From: Octopus sinensis
Lineage: Eukaryota
Assembly (NCBI RefSeq): GCF_006345805.1
Contig: NW_021833237.1
Coordinates: 1-64,000, forward strand
Direction of reading: 5' to 3'
DNA length: 64,000 nt
Part shown: positions 11,233 to 24,409 of the stretch, one piece after another
How positions within the stretch are numbered: the first letter of the stretch is position 1
Layout: each line of letters begins with the position of its first letter
Translations under genes and position numbers: made by a program
Notes under the pieces: generated by a model
What the model was told of the DNA's origin: nothing
The model's database searches: none
The model's input: only the letters and a program-made list of their open reading frames with translations

Positions 11233-12374
11233 GTAGATGTGATCTTATTTCGTTTTCGCTTACGGGAGAAATTCCTTGGAGGGGGGAAAAAGAAAATTAC
11301 GCTCTTTCATATCTGCGCTGCCTAAATATTATTTACACGTAGTGAAGAAGAAAAGAAAGATTATCCAATATTTGAAAGAAATGAGAAAGGAAGAAAGAAA
11401 GAAAGAAAGCGAATAAAAAATACACGAAGAACGGAAGAAATGATAAAAACGCAAAGAAGAGAAACTATCAAAATACCTTATGTGTAGATGAAATTATGTG
11501 GAGGGAAGAGTTGTGCATCAAATGTATATAAGAATTAAGGAATTATGGTATCAACGAATGATGGAATAACGGAAATTTGTCATAAGACGAAAAAGCAAAG
11601 CAAGGAGAATGCCACCCATCCAAACCTACATACATACATACATACATACATATATACATACATACATACACACAAACAGACAGACAGAGTGGCAATAATG
11701 AAATACTGCTAAGAAAAAAATGGAAATAAAGGACTACGTATCAAGACGAATGAGGAAGGAATATTTGATGAACGAGAATAATTATGAAAGAAAGAGAAGA
11801 CACGTGATTTATAGTTCCTTCTCATTCGTTGCAACAAAGTTAATTTTTGAATGTCAATATTTCATAATTATAATTTGTAGGGTCGTCAACAGATATATAA
11901 ATTAAGGTCCCATCATCCCATAGTGCTTTGATAATGGCGGCTGTAAATTAATTTTATTTCTTTGTTTTGCTTTTCTTTTGTTGTTTTTGCGTTTTATTTT
12001 TCGTTCACCAAAGTGACCTGACATCTGTTATATATTTCCTATACATGCTGTGGCCATCATAACTCTTGGAGAGAACTTTATTGTTTCCAAGACAAACTGT
12101 CACCTGCAGATATTTCGCAATCGCGCGCACACGAACTCACAGACACAACACACACGTGTGAAAACGCACATGATCAAGTACGTTCATACATGCATATTTA
12201 TATACACGATCATATAGACACATATGTGTGTGTGTGTGAGTGTCTATATATAAGTACGTACGTACGTACGTATGTATGTATATATATGTATGTATACAGA
12301 TAAAAACATGCATAGAGATGAGGTATTTTACGTTAATTCAATACGGTCGCTCTATCTCCATCTCTATCTATTAA

Positions 12375-12447
<73 letters not shown>

Positions 12448-12689
12448 AAAGCGGAAGAGGGAGCGATACATACATATTTACATAGATATATAATTGTGTC
12501 CGGTTGTACGTATGTTTGTGTAAATATGAGTGTACGTACGTATATGTAAATATATGTAAACACAAGCATACCTTATGTCAATACACATGCCTATTATACA
12601 TATATAAATATATCAGACACACACACACACACACACACATTGTGTTACTAAAATAATCCCAAGGTCACATATATGTGAATGTAATTTAT

Positions 12690-12738
12690 ATATATATATA
12701 TATTGTAAATATGTGTGTGTGTTTATATATACTCATAT

Positions 12739-12778
<40 letters not shown>

Positions 12779-12905
12779 AAATATATGTGTGTGTGTTTAT
12801 ATATACTCATATTATATATACATATATATATATGTATATGATATATATATATATATTGTAAATATATGTGTGTGTGTTTATATATACTCATATTATATAT
12901 ATATA
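12690..12905. repeat. Three-copy TA-rich minisatellite (~75-80 bp unit)
   Basis: ttgtaaatat(at)gtgtgtgtgtttatatatactcatattatatat recurs near 12702, 12776 and 12856. Confidence 0.85.
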
Positions 12906-12909
12906 TTTA

Positions 12910-12940
<31 letters not shown>

Positions 12941-12946
12941 ATATAT

Positions 12947-13001
<55 letters not shown>

Positions 13002-14532
13002 AAATACACACGCGTATGTATATACATATATATACATATATATTCGTGCATGCTGTATGCGTATGTACGTATGTACGTACTTTATATGCATCGATGTACG
13101 TATGCATCTTTACGTGCATATATAGATCAATCTCGTATATTCTCGTATATGAATGCTGCATATACGAGCATCTAACTATGTATTTGTGAGCATGCGTATT
13201 CAAATGCCTATCAGATGGTACGTGTGAGTGTATGCGCGTACGCATGCGTCTTCACGTAATATATTATGATAGGAGTTTAGCTGTCAGTAAAATAAGGATT
13301 TTTCTAGGAAGGAACCTTTGTAATTTTTGTATTATAGAACAATTATAGATTCCTTAAGGCAACACACTATATTTTTTTGAAGCCTGTTCGTTTTTGTTTG
13401 TTTTGTTTTATTTTTACACCAGCTTACGCCATTAATCTGTCATTCTTGTCTTGTTTTATTTCATTATGTGTTGTTTTGTATTTTGTTTTTTATACCTAAA
13501 GATCCAACTCCCGGAGCAAATGTCGATCAGAAAGAAACTCTCATCATGAGGTTAGATGCGTTGATGTGTCGTTGGGTTGCTGTGGGGACGTGCGTGTGTG
13601 TGGATGTGCCGTTGTGCGATTGTGTAATCGTGCGGTTCGACTGATTATACGCGTGTGTGCTTATGTGCGACTGCATGCGCGCGCGTGTGTGTGTGTGTGT
13701 GTATGTGTGTGAGTGTATGTGTGTGTGTATTTGTTTGTGAGGTTGTGAGGTTGTGTGTGTGTGAATGAGTATGTGTTAGTGAGCTTGTGAGTTGTGAAAT
13801 TGCGTAGATACATGTTTGTGCTGGTCGCATGTCTATGCGATTGTGTTCTTGTGCAGAGATGTACATGTGCTGTTGTGAGGATGTGTAGCAATGTAGACTT
13901 GGCTTATATGAGACCGGGTAGATGTGTGGTTGTGTTAATGTATGGTTGTGAGGTTGTGTCGTTGTGTTGCTGTGAGTATGTGTGAATGTATGCATGTGCA
14001 ATTGTGTGACTGTGTAATCGTGTGGTTGGTCTGATTATGTGCAGTTGTGATTATGCGCCCATTTGTGTGTGTGAGACTGTAAGGTTGTGTGGATGTGTGG
14101 TTGTGAGTTTCTGTTCATACAGAGTTGTTGAGGTTGCGTCGTTTCGTTGTTGTGAGAATGTATGGACGTACGGATGAGAGTTGTGTGGCTGAGTGCACCT
14201 ATGATTTGTGAGATAGCGTAAAATACGTGGCTATGAAAGTTATTATGTCTGGATGTATGTTTGTGAAAATATATTGATGCGTGGACGAATCGTTGTATTG
14301 TGAATGTGTGCATGTTTGATTGCGCGTGTTTGTGTGTGTTGTTGTTGTTTATGTGTTGTTATGTGGTAGTGTGGTTATGTGACTGTATGCATGTGTGATA
14401 GTGTGGCTGTATGCTTCTCTGGATGTGTTGTTATATATATGCTTTTCTGTGGATGTACTGATTTAGTGTGTTTGTATGTGTGTGTGTTTGTGTGTGAGTG
14501 TGTGTGTGTGTGTGTGGTGTGTGTGTGTGTGC

Positions 14533-14566
<34 letters not shown>

Positions 14567-14992
14567 GTGCTGCTTCATTTGATCTGTGGGCATCATGGTA
14601 ACATGCTTCCTGAAATGCCTCTATATATCCCCTCCATCTTCAACTTACTTACATCATCAGTGCAATAATCGTCATCATCATTATCATCAACATTGTCGTT
14701 GTCGTCGTCGTCATCGTCGTCCTCGTTGACGTCATTGTCATCATCATCATCATCATCATCATTGTCGTTGTCGTCGTCCTCGTTGACGTCATTGTCATCA
14801 TCATCATCATCATCACCAGGATAATCAGCTTCTCATTCACGATGATCACCGTTAATAATAAGGCTCTTACCATCACCGCCATCATTTACACCGTCAATCC
14901 TGACTACCAGCATCAACATCAATAACAACAGTAGTATCATCAGCAGCAGCAGCACCAGCAGCACCAGCAGAAACATCATTATCAGCATTATC

Positions 14993-15409
14993 TATTTCTT
15001 TACTGCCCACAAGGGGCCAAACATAGAGAGGATAAACAAGGACAGACAAACAGATTAAGTCGATTATATCGACCCCAGTGCGTAACTAGTACTTATTTAA
15101 TCGACCCCGAAAGGATGAAAGCCAAAGTCGACCTCGGCGGAATTTGAACTCAGAACGTAGCGGCAGACGAAATACCTATTTCTTTATTACCCACAAGGGG
15201 CTAAACACAGAGGGGACAAACAAGGACAGACATAGGTATTAAGTCGATTACATCGACCCCAATGCGTAACTGGTACTTAATTTATCGACCCCGAAAGGAT
15301 GAAAGGCAAAGTCGACCTCGGCAGAATTTGAATTCACAACGTAACGCAGACGAAATACCGCTAGGCATTTCGCGCGGCGTGCTAACGATTGTGCGGGCTC
15401 ATCGCCTTA
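14993..15409 (-). mobile_element. SINE family 2, head-to-tail dimer
   Basis: tRNA-like head with B-box gttcaaattcc, central gtcgactttgcctttcatcctttcggggtcga block, tail ending aaagaaata. The second unit starts at ggtatttcgtctg (junction 15176/15177). Confidence 0.85.
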
Positions 15410-15758
15410 ATAATAATAATAATAATAATAATAAAGAAGAAGCAGGAGAAGGTGGGGGCGCAAAAAAAGCGGAAGAAGAGGAGGAGATAAAGACGTAGTA
15501 AGGTGAAGGCAGAGAGGAAGAAGAAGACATATATATAAACGATTTCGTTGCTGAAAGAAAATAAAAACTAATTTATATAAACTAATTAATTATATCTTAT
15601 ATGATAAAAACAATTGAGTACATACTGACATACCGACACACACACACGCATACACACACACATACACGCCCGCACAGGCACACGCAAACATACACACATA
15701 TAATAGAGAAGCATAATGCATACACACATCCACAAAAACATGGAAATATTGAAACACA

Positions 15759-15805
<47 letters not shown>

Positions 15806-16041
15806 GATTCCTGCATGCAAGGCATAAATAGAAATAAACACTGAAATATTTGTATACACTCACACGCGTGCGAAAGTGCATATACACGCACACACTGTTA
15901 TGGATAATACACATTCATACACATATAAAAACTATTATATTCGCATATGGAAACCATTACACACACAAACACATACACACACACACAGTTCCTGCATACA
16001 TAGAATAGATACATACATTAGAGCATTTTCATACATGCATA

Positions 16042-16247
16042 CACTAATCCGTAGCCATACCGCGGTTCACCAATCGCACATTCAGTACATCGCGGATTTT
16101 TCTGGCTAATATATGTACATTTATATCGAGGAATCCTCAGTAAATCGCGGGTTTCTGCGGCCGATAGGTATTTATATTTTTTTAGGTTTTAATTATTTCT
16201 GTGGGAGGTTTTGGAACGTAAAACCCGCGATATTTGAGGGGTTACTG
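16042..16247. mobile_element. Tc1/mariner (Tigger/pogo-like) MITE, ~205 bp
   Basis: Degenerate TIRs cactaatccgtagccataccgcgg and ccgcgatatttgaggggttactg, TA-flanked. Same family as 59769-59989, in opposite orientation. Confidence 0.7.
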
Positions 16248-16913
16248 TACACAGAAAAACTCAAACAGAAAAATTTTGAATATCTGCATACATGCAAAGA
16301 CACGTACAGACATATACACACATTCAAGCACACTTATTCACATAGGAAACCCGTATGACACATGTATATATTTACACATATACACATGAAAATACAGACA
16401 GGTATTTAACACCATGAACACACGTAGACGTGGGCGTCAAATATCACCATAACATAACCACACGGTTGCGCACGCAGACACACACGATCACAAACACACA
16501 TAGACAGATACAAATACTTTAATACACGCGCACTCACACACGTGTAATTACACTTGGGCGTAGGTATAGAACCATACACTTAAGCGAACATAACCATATG
16601 CTTCACAGACACACGTACACACAACCACATATACATACACTCAGAAATACATGCACGCATGCGTACAGAAACATAAATACATATACAAATGCAAATACAC
16701 CTCCCTCCAACCTTCTCTCTCTCTCCCTCTCCTCTTCCCGTCCCATCTCCCTCACTCTCTCTTCCTCTTGTAACCTCACTTCTCCTCACTCTCCCTCCTC
16801 TCTCTTTCTCTCCCTCTAACTCCCTTCCTCTGTATTCCTCCTCTCTGTCACCTCTTCCTAATCCCCCCCCCTATTTCCTTAGATGCATATACAATTTCTG
16901 TCAAAATTAAATA

Positions 16914-17228
16914 TAGGCGTAGGTGTGGCTGTGTGGTAAGTAGCTTGCTTACTAGTCACATAGTTCCGGGTTCAGTCCCACTGCGTGGCACCTTGGGCAA
17001 GTGTCTTCTACTATAACCTCGGGCCGACCAAAGCCTTGTGAGTGGATTTGATAGATGGAAACTGAAAGAAGCCCGTCGTATATATATATATATATGTGTG
17101 TGTGTGTATGTGACAACCGACGCTGGTGTGTTTACCTAGCGGTTCAGCAAAAGAGACGGATAGAATAAGTACTAGGCGTACAAAGAATAGGTCCTGGGGT
17201 CGATTTGCTCAACTAAAGGCGGTGCTCC
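16914..17228 (+). mobile_element. SINE family 1 (tRNA head, internal TA/TG tract), 3'-truncated
   Basis: Head gtggctgtgtggtaagtagcttgct...gggttcagtcccactgcgtggcaccttgggcaagtgtcttc, followed by family body. Confidence 0.85.
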
Positions 17229-17559
17229 TTTCATAAAGCCTCTGAATCTCGTGGGTAGTAGGAAGGAAACTGCCTCAAATCTGAGACGCAACCCGAACGC
17301 TTACAAAAAAGTCGATTCAGTTAACGATTGCCAGATACGAGATTGTGTTGTTAAAACCATGCAACGCATTAACTCTACCCAACCAAGTAGACCACAGCGG
17401 GATTTGAACTCTGAACGCAAATTGATAGACCAAATACTGAAATGCATCATGTCGGACCTGCCTACAGTTCCAACACTCCATCGCCCTGGATTAGTAATTC
17501 TTTTAGCATCAATTGCTCCACAGCACAATGTCTTCCTGTATCTATGTTCCACTCATCCA

Positions 17560-17995
17560 CAGAACTTCAAAAAACCCTGGGAAATCTATGATAATTGTAT
17601 TCATGATCAGGTTTAGTATTGGTGTTAGTTCCTCCTGCAGAGTGGGTTCCAAGACATCTTTAGTAATCCTGATTTTGAGTATAATCGCCCGCTATTTCCA
17701 GGTAATGCTAAGTTGCTTCAGATCTTCCTTGAAGTTGGCGCAATTTGTCTTCTCGTGTCTGTGTGTCTGTCTCTGTCTCTGTCTCTCTCTCTCGTACTTT
17801 GTCCCCTCTGGCATTGTATGTCGTATGTCGACGTCCATTGTACAGCTGCCTCGTTGTTCGTCCTTCAGGCAGTCGAAAAACATGCCCTGCCAGTTTCACT
17901 CCTTTTCCGGTACAATCTCGTGCAGGTTGCGCAGATTGACCCTTCTCAGGATTTCAGAGTTCATAATTCTGTCCTTGTAAGGTAATCATAAGCGT
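17560..17995 (-). pseudogene. RTE-clade LINE C-terminal fragment
   Basis: Minus-strand pieces NSEILRRVNLRNLHEIV, KLAGHVFRLPEGRTTRQLYNG and NFKEDLKQLSITWK match the RTE post-RT pattern (WAGHV.RM...R.PKQLLYG...KD.LK..LK). Frameshifted, with an AG/AC microsatellite inside. Confidence 0.65.
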
Positions 17996-18114
17996 TCTGA
18001 ATCTACCCTTTGATTAAGTCAACCCATAAACTCTTTCCAATATTGACAGCCGATAGACATTTTCCAACAATTTTTTAAGAGAGGGGTAGAAACCACTCAC
18101 ATCCACTCCACTGT

Positions 18115-18291
18115 GAATGTATACATAAGTCACACAGGTTTCCTATGTGAATAAGAGTGTTTGAATCTGTGTATATGTCGGTATGTGTGTTTGCATGCAT
18201 ATATTCAAATTTTTCTGTGTATAAGTTTTTCTGTGTACAGTAATCCCTCAACTATCCCGGTGTTACATTCCAAAACCACCCACACGTGATG
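18115..18291 (-). other. 177-bp insertion flanked by a perfect 19-bp direct repeat; inverted homolog of ~16200-16370
   Basis: ctcacatccactccactgt at 18096-18114 and 18292-18310. The insert contains a MITE end plus ~120 bp of its flank. Confidence 0.75.
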
Positions 18292-18310
18292 CTCACATCC
18301 ACTCCACTGT

Positions 18311-18455
18311 TCAACTGGTACTCTTTTTTTATCAACCCCGAAAGGATAAAAGGAAAGCTTGATTTTGGCAGAATTTGAACTCAGAACACCGAATACCAGA
18401 ACACACACCACTAAGAATTTTATCCCACACTCGAATACCTCTGCCAATTCGCCTC
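18311..18455 (-). mobile_element. SINE family 2, old diverged copy (host of the 177-bp insertion)
   Basis: aactggtact...atcaaccccgaaaggataaaagg...gcagaatttgaactcagaac matches the family-2 reverse complement. Confidence 0.65.
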
Positions 18456-18819
18456 CAACCCCACCCCGATTTATCCTCTTCTTACTCTTCTTCATATCAT
18501 CTTTCTCCTCTTTGTGATAACTTATTTTGTTTTAAACCTTTTTTGCTTTGTTTTATGTTCTTTCTTTTTTATCCTTCTTGCTCATTTTTTTTGTTTTATC
18601 TGTGTGGTTTTTATCCCCTACAGTCTTTATTTTTATTCTTTTCTCCTTCTTCGTTTTCGCGTGTTTTATTTCTCTTTTTTCTTTCCATTTTCCTTTTCAA
18701 CGTTGTTTCTGTTTAATCGACGTATCCCCCCCCCCCGACTCTCCCTTGTCCTCTTTCTCTTTCATTCCCTCCTCCAATTCACCTTAATATTTCTGCTTTT
18801 CTTTCATTATCTCTTTTAA

Positions 18820-19467
18820 CTTCATCATCATATTAAGCCGCCTACACCGCCGCCGTCGCCGCTGCCCTCATCACCGTCATCGAAGTCGTTATTGTCGTCA
18901 TTACCTTCACCATCATAACGTTATCATCGTCATCGTCATCATCATCCTCATCCTCATCCTCATCCTCATCGTCATCGTATCAGTCGACATCGTTATCTTC
19001 ATCCATGTATAAGCCAGTAGCAACAACAATAGTATTATCACGTACGTTGTCATCATCATCATCATCATTGTAATCATCATAATCATCATCATCATCATCA
19101 TCATTATCATCATCATCTTCAACACCCTCATCATCATCGTCGTCATCATCATCATCATCATCATTATCATCATCAACACCCTCATCATCATCATCCTCAT
19201 CATCATCATCCTCATCCTCATCATCGTCATCATCGTCATCATCGTCGTCGTCGTCGTCGTCATCATCATCATCATCAACAGCCCTACTACTACCACCACT
19301 GCTACTACTACTACCCAAGAACGTTTTCATTTTCGGATATCAACGTCGTATTTCATCCCCTCCTTCTCCTCCTCCTCCTCATCATCATCATCATCATCAT
19401 CAAAATCAGCCTCCTCTTACTCATTCTTATACACCTCCCTTTTGTCATTTGTAACGTTACCAACACT

Positions 19468-19509
<42 letters not shown>

Positions 19510-19560
19510 GTCTTCGTCAACATCATCACCATCAGCAGCAGCAGCAGCATTACCAGAATT
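18820..19560. repeat. Compound (ATC)n/(GTC)n/(CTC)n low-complexity tract
   Basis: Visible directly; reads as poly-Asp on the minus strand. Confidence 0.9.
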
Positions 19561-20910
19561 TCCATTGCTGTGATTATTCCAATGTCAACAGAACCATCTC
19601 TTCTTTGCCAAACCACTGTCTACACAACACGCATGCGCGCGCACATACACACACATATTTACAAATAAGCACACTCACGTATACTAACTCACACAAACAA
19701 ACATATACTCACTCACACATACGCACATACATACCCAACGCACATAAGCACACACACATTCATTCGCACACACCACACACACACTGCCATCCACGCACAC
19801 GCACACACACGCACACACACGCACGCACACACACACACATACTGTCATACGCACGTACACACAAAGAGTCTTATCTATACTCGGTGAAACACTACTGCTT
19901 CCTCTTCATCGCTACTCGATACTCGTGACAGAAAGAAGACTTGAAAGTATGGCTTCTTCTGTTGATCTTGAAGAAGCTCTAGAAATGTCGGCATAATTTC
20001 TAAAACGACACCAGCGATGCCACCACCGTCTTCAGCACCACCAGCCTCTCTGTTCGCACGCGTCTTATGTGTCTGATTCTGAGAAGCTACAAAGGTAAAC
20101 ACAGCTCCAACTAGCATTATCTCCGCAACGAATATTTGAAATCATGTTTCTCACTATAACCACTATTAGAGCTCGCCTTAATAACGAAACTGTTTGTAAT
20201 AATTCCTGTGTTTGTAATAATTCTGCGGCCAAATGGTTCGAATTATCGACTTATGATCATAAAGACTGCGTTTTCAATTCCTAGACTTGGTAGTGCGTTG
20301 AATAAGAGACTTCGTTTCAGCTTATTTCATTGTTGTTAGTTGTAATGTGTGTTGACTGCAGCCCTCTTCGTCCTGCAACTGTGACATCCTGTTTGTTTGA
20401 TTTATAATCATAAAGATGATGGGTTCGGTTCTTGGACAGGGTAGGACGTTGAGCAAAAACACTTTATTGCATGTTGCTCCAGAATTATGAGCAGCGAAGA
20501 ATCTTACTACAACCCTTTTTCTCTCCAGCTCTTATATCCTAAATGTGCCGCTGGATCCAGTAGCGGAAGAGGTGAGAAGGTGCCTGTGTCGACTCGTGAC
20601 TTCACAAGCACCTGAAACAGTTAGCAACAGCATGGTACATGTTACTAAACCATACTTGTTCGTGAATGACGGGTGACTGCATTTCTGTTACTATAATTAT
20701 CATTACATCCCTTCTCAATCAGCTTAGACCTGGGCTCCTGTGTTTAACCTTAGTCTCCACCTGGGCCCCCGAGCAAAAAAGCTAAATAGTTGCATATGCA
20801 GCTCAAGAGTACTGATCGCAGACAAGCTAAGCAACAAAATCGGCTACATTTTTTTCCCTACGTCTGTTATTCATTACTGCTTTACCGGGAATCCGTCAGA
20901 AATAACGATT

Positions 20911-21139
20911 AAGGCGGCGAGCTGGCAGAAACGTTAGCACGCCGGGCGAAATGCATAGCAGTATTTCGTCTGCTGTTATGTTCTGAGTTCGAATTCCGCC
21001 GAGGTCAATTTTAACTTTCATCCTTTCGGGGTCGATAAATTAAGTACCAGTTACGCACTGGGTTCAATGTAGTCGACTTAATCCCTCTGTCCTTGTTTGT
21101 CTCCTCTGTGTTTAGCCCCTTGTGGGCAATAAAGAAATA
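20911..21139 (+). mobile_element. SINE family 2, full length, with 10-bp TSD
   Basis: agaaataacg at 20898-20907 and 21140-21149; complete head, centre and aaagaaata tail. Confidence 0.88.
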
Positions 21140-21257
21140 AGAAATAACGTTTAAACTATTTCGGCTTTACCGGGAATACAGTGTGACAGGGATAATAACA
21201 AAAATATTATTGTATTCATGTGATCCTCTCTCTTATTACATACACCCGAAAGAAGAC

Positions 21258-21690
21258 AAGAAGGCAGAATCGTTAGCATGCCAGATAAAATGCTAAAATT
21301 TCTTCCGGGCTTTTTACATTCTCAGCTCAAATTCCACCGAGGTCGACTTAGTCTTTCATTCTTTAGGGTTCGATAAAATCAGCACCAGTCGAGTACGGGA
21401 TTGATATAATCGGCTAGCCCCTTCCCCATTGCCAAATCTTAGGCCTTGTGCCTCTGGTAGAATAAATAGACGCATGCATTGTAAAGGCAGTGATATGGTA
21501 AAGCTGCTTCAGCGTCAGATAAATGTCTTGTGATATTTGATTCGTCCCTTTACGTCCTGAACTCCATGCAGCCAACATCAGCTTTGCCTTTTACTCCACC
21601 GGAGGTCATTAAAATAAAGTACCAGTCAAGTACTGAGGTCGTTCACATCGACCGATTCCCACTCCACACAATTGCTGGTCTTCTGGCTAA
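21258..21690 (+). mobile_element. Two further diverged family-2 SINE copies
   Basis: ggcagaatcgttagcatgcc...aaattccaccgaggtcgac and a more decayed copy containing aataaagtaccagtcaagtactgagg. Confidence 0.6.
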
Positions 21691-21840
21691 AGTAGAAAAT
21701 GTTATTAAAACCACCCTTACAAAAGACCAAAGCAATCACAGTAATCGTTCATGCAACTACAATTAGTATTATAGATACCCGTAACAGTCAGATTCCAAAT
21801 GTAATTTACCGTCGACATTACAACACTCACTGCATCCACC

Positions 21841-23180
21841 CTTACTAACTTAACCGCTTTGTAATAACCCTTATTACTAACATCAATATTACAGGTACCC
21901 TTAATAAATAAACCATTAGTCTAATCACCCTTATTCCTGCAGCTACTATCAGAGCTACCCTTAATAAGAAAACTATTATTGTAATCAATGGTATCACTGC
22001 TAGAATATTATAGAAGCACTCAATGAACAAATACCATTAGTAATAAATCCGTCAGTAGAACAACCATCACATCTACTCTTAATTAGCAAACTATCACTGC
22101 AATCATCCATTTCGCTACGATCAGAATTACAGCCACCCTTAATAAACAGACTATGATTGTAATTACCTTCGTCATTGCAACAGCTGCAATAGCCACCCTT
22201 AATAACCAAGCTATGACTGCAATCATCTTGTCACTGTAACAGTCATTACTACCATCCTTAATAACCAATCTTTTATTGTAATATTCCTTTATATTGCATC
22301 GTTACAATCACCCGTTGTAAGTAAATTTATATATCATGATTATAATGTGTTATAATTGCAACTATTATAGCCGCCTTTTACAACCGAACGTTCATTGTAG
22401 TCACTCATGTTGCTAGAATCAACAATGCAGCTACCCGTAATACCGAAATTATGTTTGTAGCTACCCCTGTTCCTCTAGGCACCCTTACACCAATGCTCGG
22501 TAAGTAAATTACAATTCATTTCACCCTTATCACTACTACTGCTGTCACAGCTACCCTTAATAACCAAAATTTCATGATAATCCATCCTATCACTTCACTT
22601 TCTTTACTCCACCTGATCAAAGAGACTGTAAATGGTTGGTAGTTTTAGTAGAAATAGCAGCCAAATATTCCTCAAATTACAACTTGTCGTCTCATAAAAT
22701 CACATCACATTGGATAATGCAGTCCTAGGTACACTGTCAAGAAAAAAATAGTGAATAGTAACGGCTGGAACCTGTTTCATGGTAGATTAGCTACAATAGA
22801 GCTTAACTGGGGTTAAATAAAAGCAACAACAACAGCGAAATCAATTTTATCCAGTTTCAATTACCAAGCTAAATTGAAATTACCATCATCACTACAACCA
22901 CAAATAAAGCCACCTTTAATAAGAAAGCTACAACAGAAATCACCTTGATCACTTCAAATACCTTTAAACCCACTCTTAATAATTTTAATTATCCCTATCA
23001 CTACAGCTCCCACTAATAACCAAACTACAATCGTAATCATCCCTGTTTGTACAGCCACCAATATAGTTACCCTTAATACCCAAACTGCATTTGCTGTCAA
23101 TATTATTTCAGGAACAACGTTGCTATTACATTGACTGTAATCGTAATAGTTCTTATCGTTACAACCATCATTACAGCCAC
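21841..23180. repeat. Ancient ~60-bp minisatellite with 30-bp sub-repeat, interrupted at ~22610-22830
   Basis: (c)ccttaataa-like anchors recur near 21898, 21958, 22077, 22136, 22196, 22255, 22313, 22373, 22434 and 22554, and again at 22910-23175. Confidence 0.75.
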
Positions 23181-24409
23181 CCGTAATAATGAAATTATGG
23201 CTATTGTTGATAGCATTGCCTTCATTATGAGGGTTCTAACGATAGAATTTGATTTTCATTTGTCTCAAAATGATAATAATATGATCAATATTTCCAGACC
23301 ATTATTTAGATAATTTGAGTATCATAGCAATCAGCATTACAATGATTTCATAATCATTACGCCTTAAACTACGAATCAACCATCAAACTGGGAGTCAAAT
23401 ACAGAATCTTTACGTGTTCGTATGACACGTGAGAAACAGTTGCCAAATATCCCTTAAATCGTTCTTTACAGTGTTTAAAATGGGAAGGACAGGATAAGTT
23501 CCAGATACACTACGACCAAAAATATCAGGTGATAGATACAGCCGGAATACTTTTAATGATCAATTCAGTTATGACCGTCCATGCGCGCTAAACTCAACGC
23601 AAAAAAGAAATAACAAAGCTGGAATTTAGAGTTATAATAATTAGGATGCTTGCAGTAAACACAAACTATTCGAGACAGCGTTCAAGACAAAACATTTTAA
23701 TCTATTATGCTGTCTTACTAGCACTCTAACTGCGGAACACATCGTAAAATACGCCATTACAATTTTGGCTGAAGGTATATTAAGATTACCATCAGAGAGA
23801 CAAAGAGAAAAGGACGGGCTGAGATAGAGCAATCAATAACTCAAATAGAGAACTGACTTACCAGTTTGACAGTTTGCAGAACTATGATACAATGGAATTT
23901 TCTCGTAAAACGACCAAAATCACATTGACTACCAAACTTTTCGATAGTGTCGACCATTATAAGTATTTGGATGAAAAAAACTTGTTTATGTATGCCAGCA
24001 TCGAGGTCACTGATTGGTTGTTTGACATGCAAAACGTAGCAGCCAAATCTCCCTGGAACTACGTCATACTGTGTTCAAAGTGGAAAGGGACGTGTATCTA
24101 TCCAGGGTTGAATATAATATTGCTGGGATCATCACAGATTCGACGACAAATGCCCTTTTACTGCTCTGCAAAAAGAACTGTTTGATTATAGACGAACGAT
24201 ACATGAGAATAAAACTGAGATTCATATAAAGAAGCACGTCTTCGGACACGCTTTGATCAAATATATCCGTAAATAGAAGTGACTTGGGTCTAAACACATA
24301 TTTCATTGTAAAAAGTAAACACCAGTGTGGTTTATGACATTTTTAAATGAATAAAATGTCAACTTTCAGTAGCCGAGCTTAAATATACTTTCACTATAAC
24401 TAAGCTTAT

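Noticed and set aside
23870-24300. ORF with FDSVDH resembling an RT KAFDxVDH motif
   Set aside because: Only one short motif; the flanking RT motifs were not recoverable.
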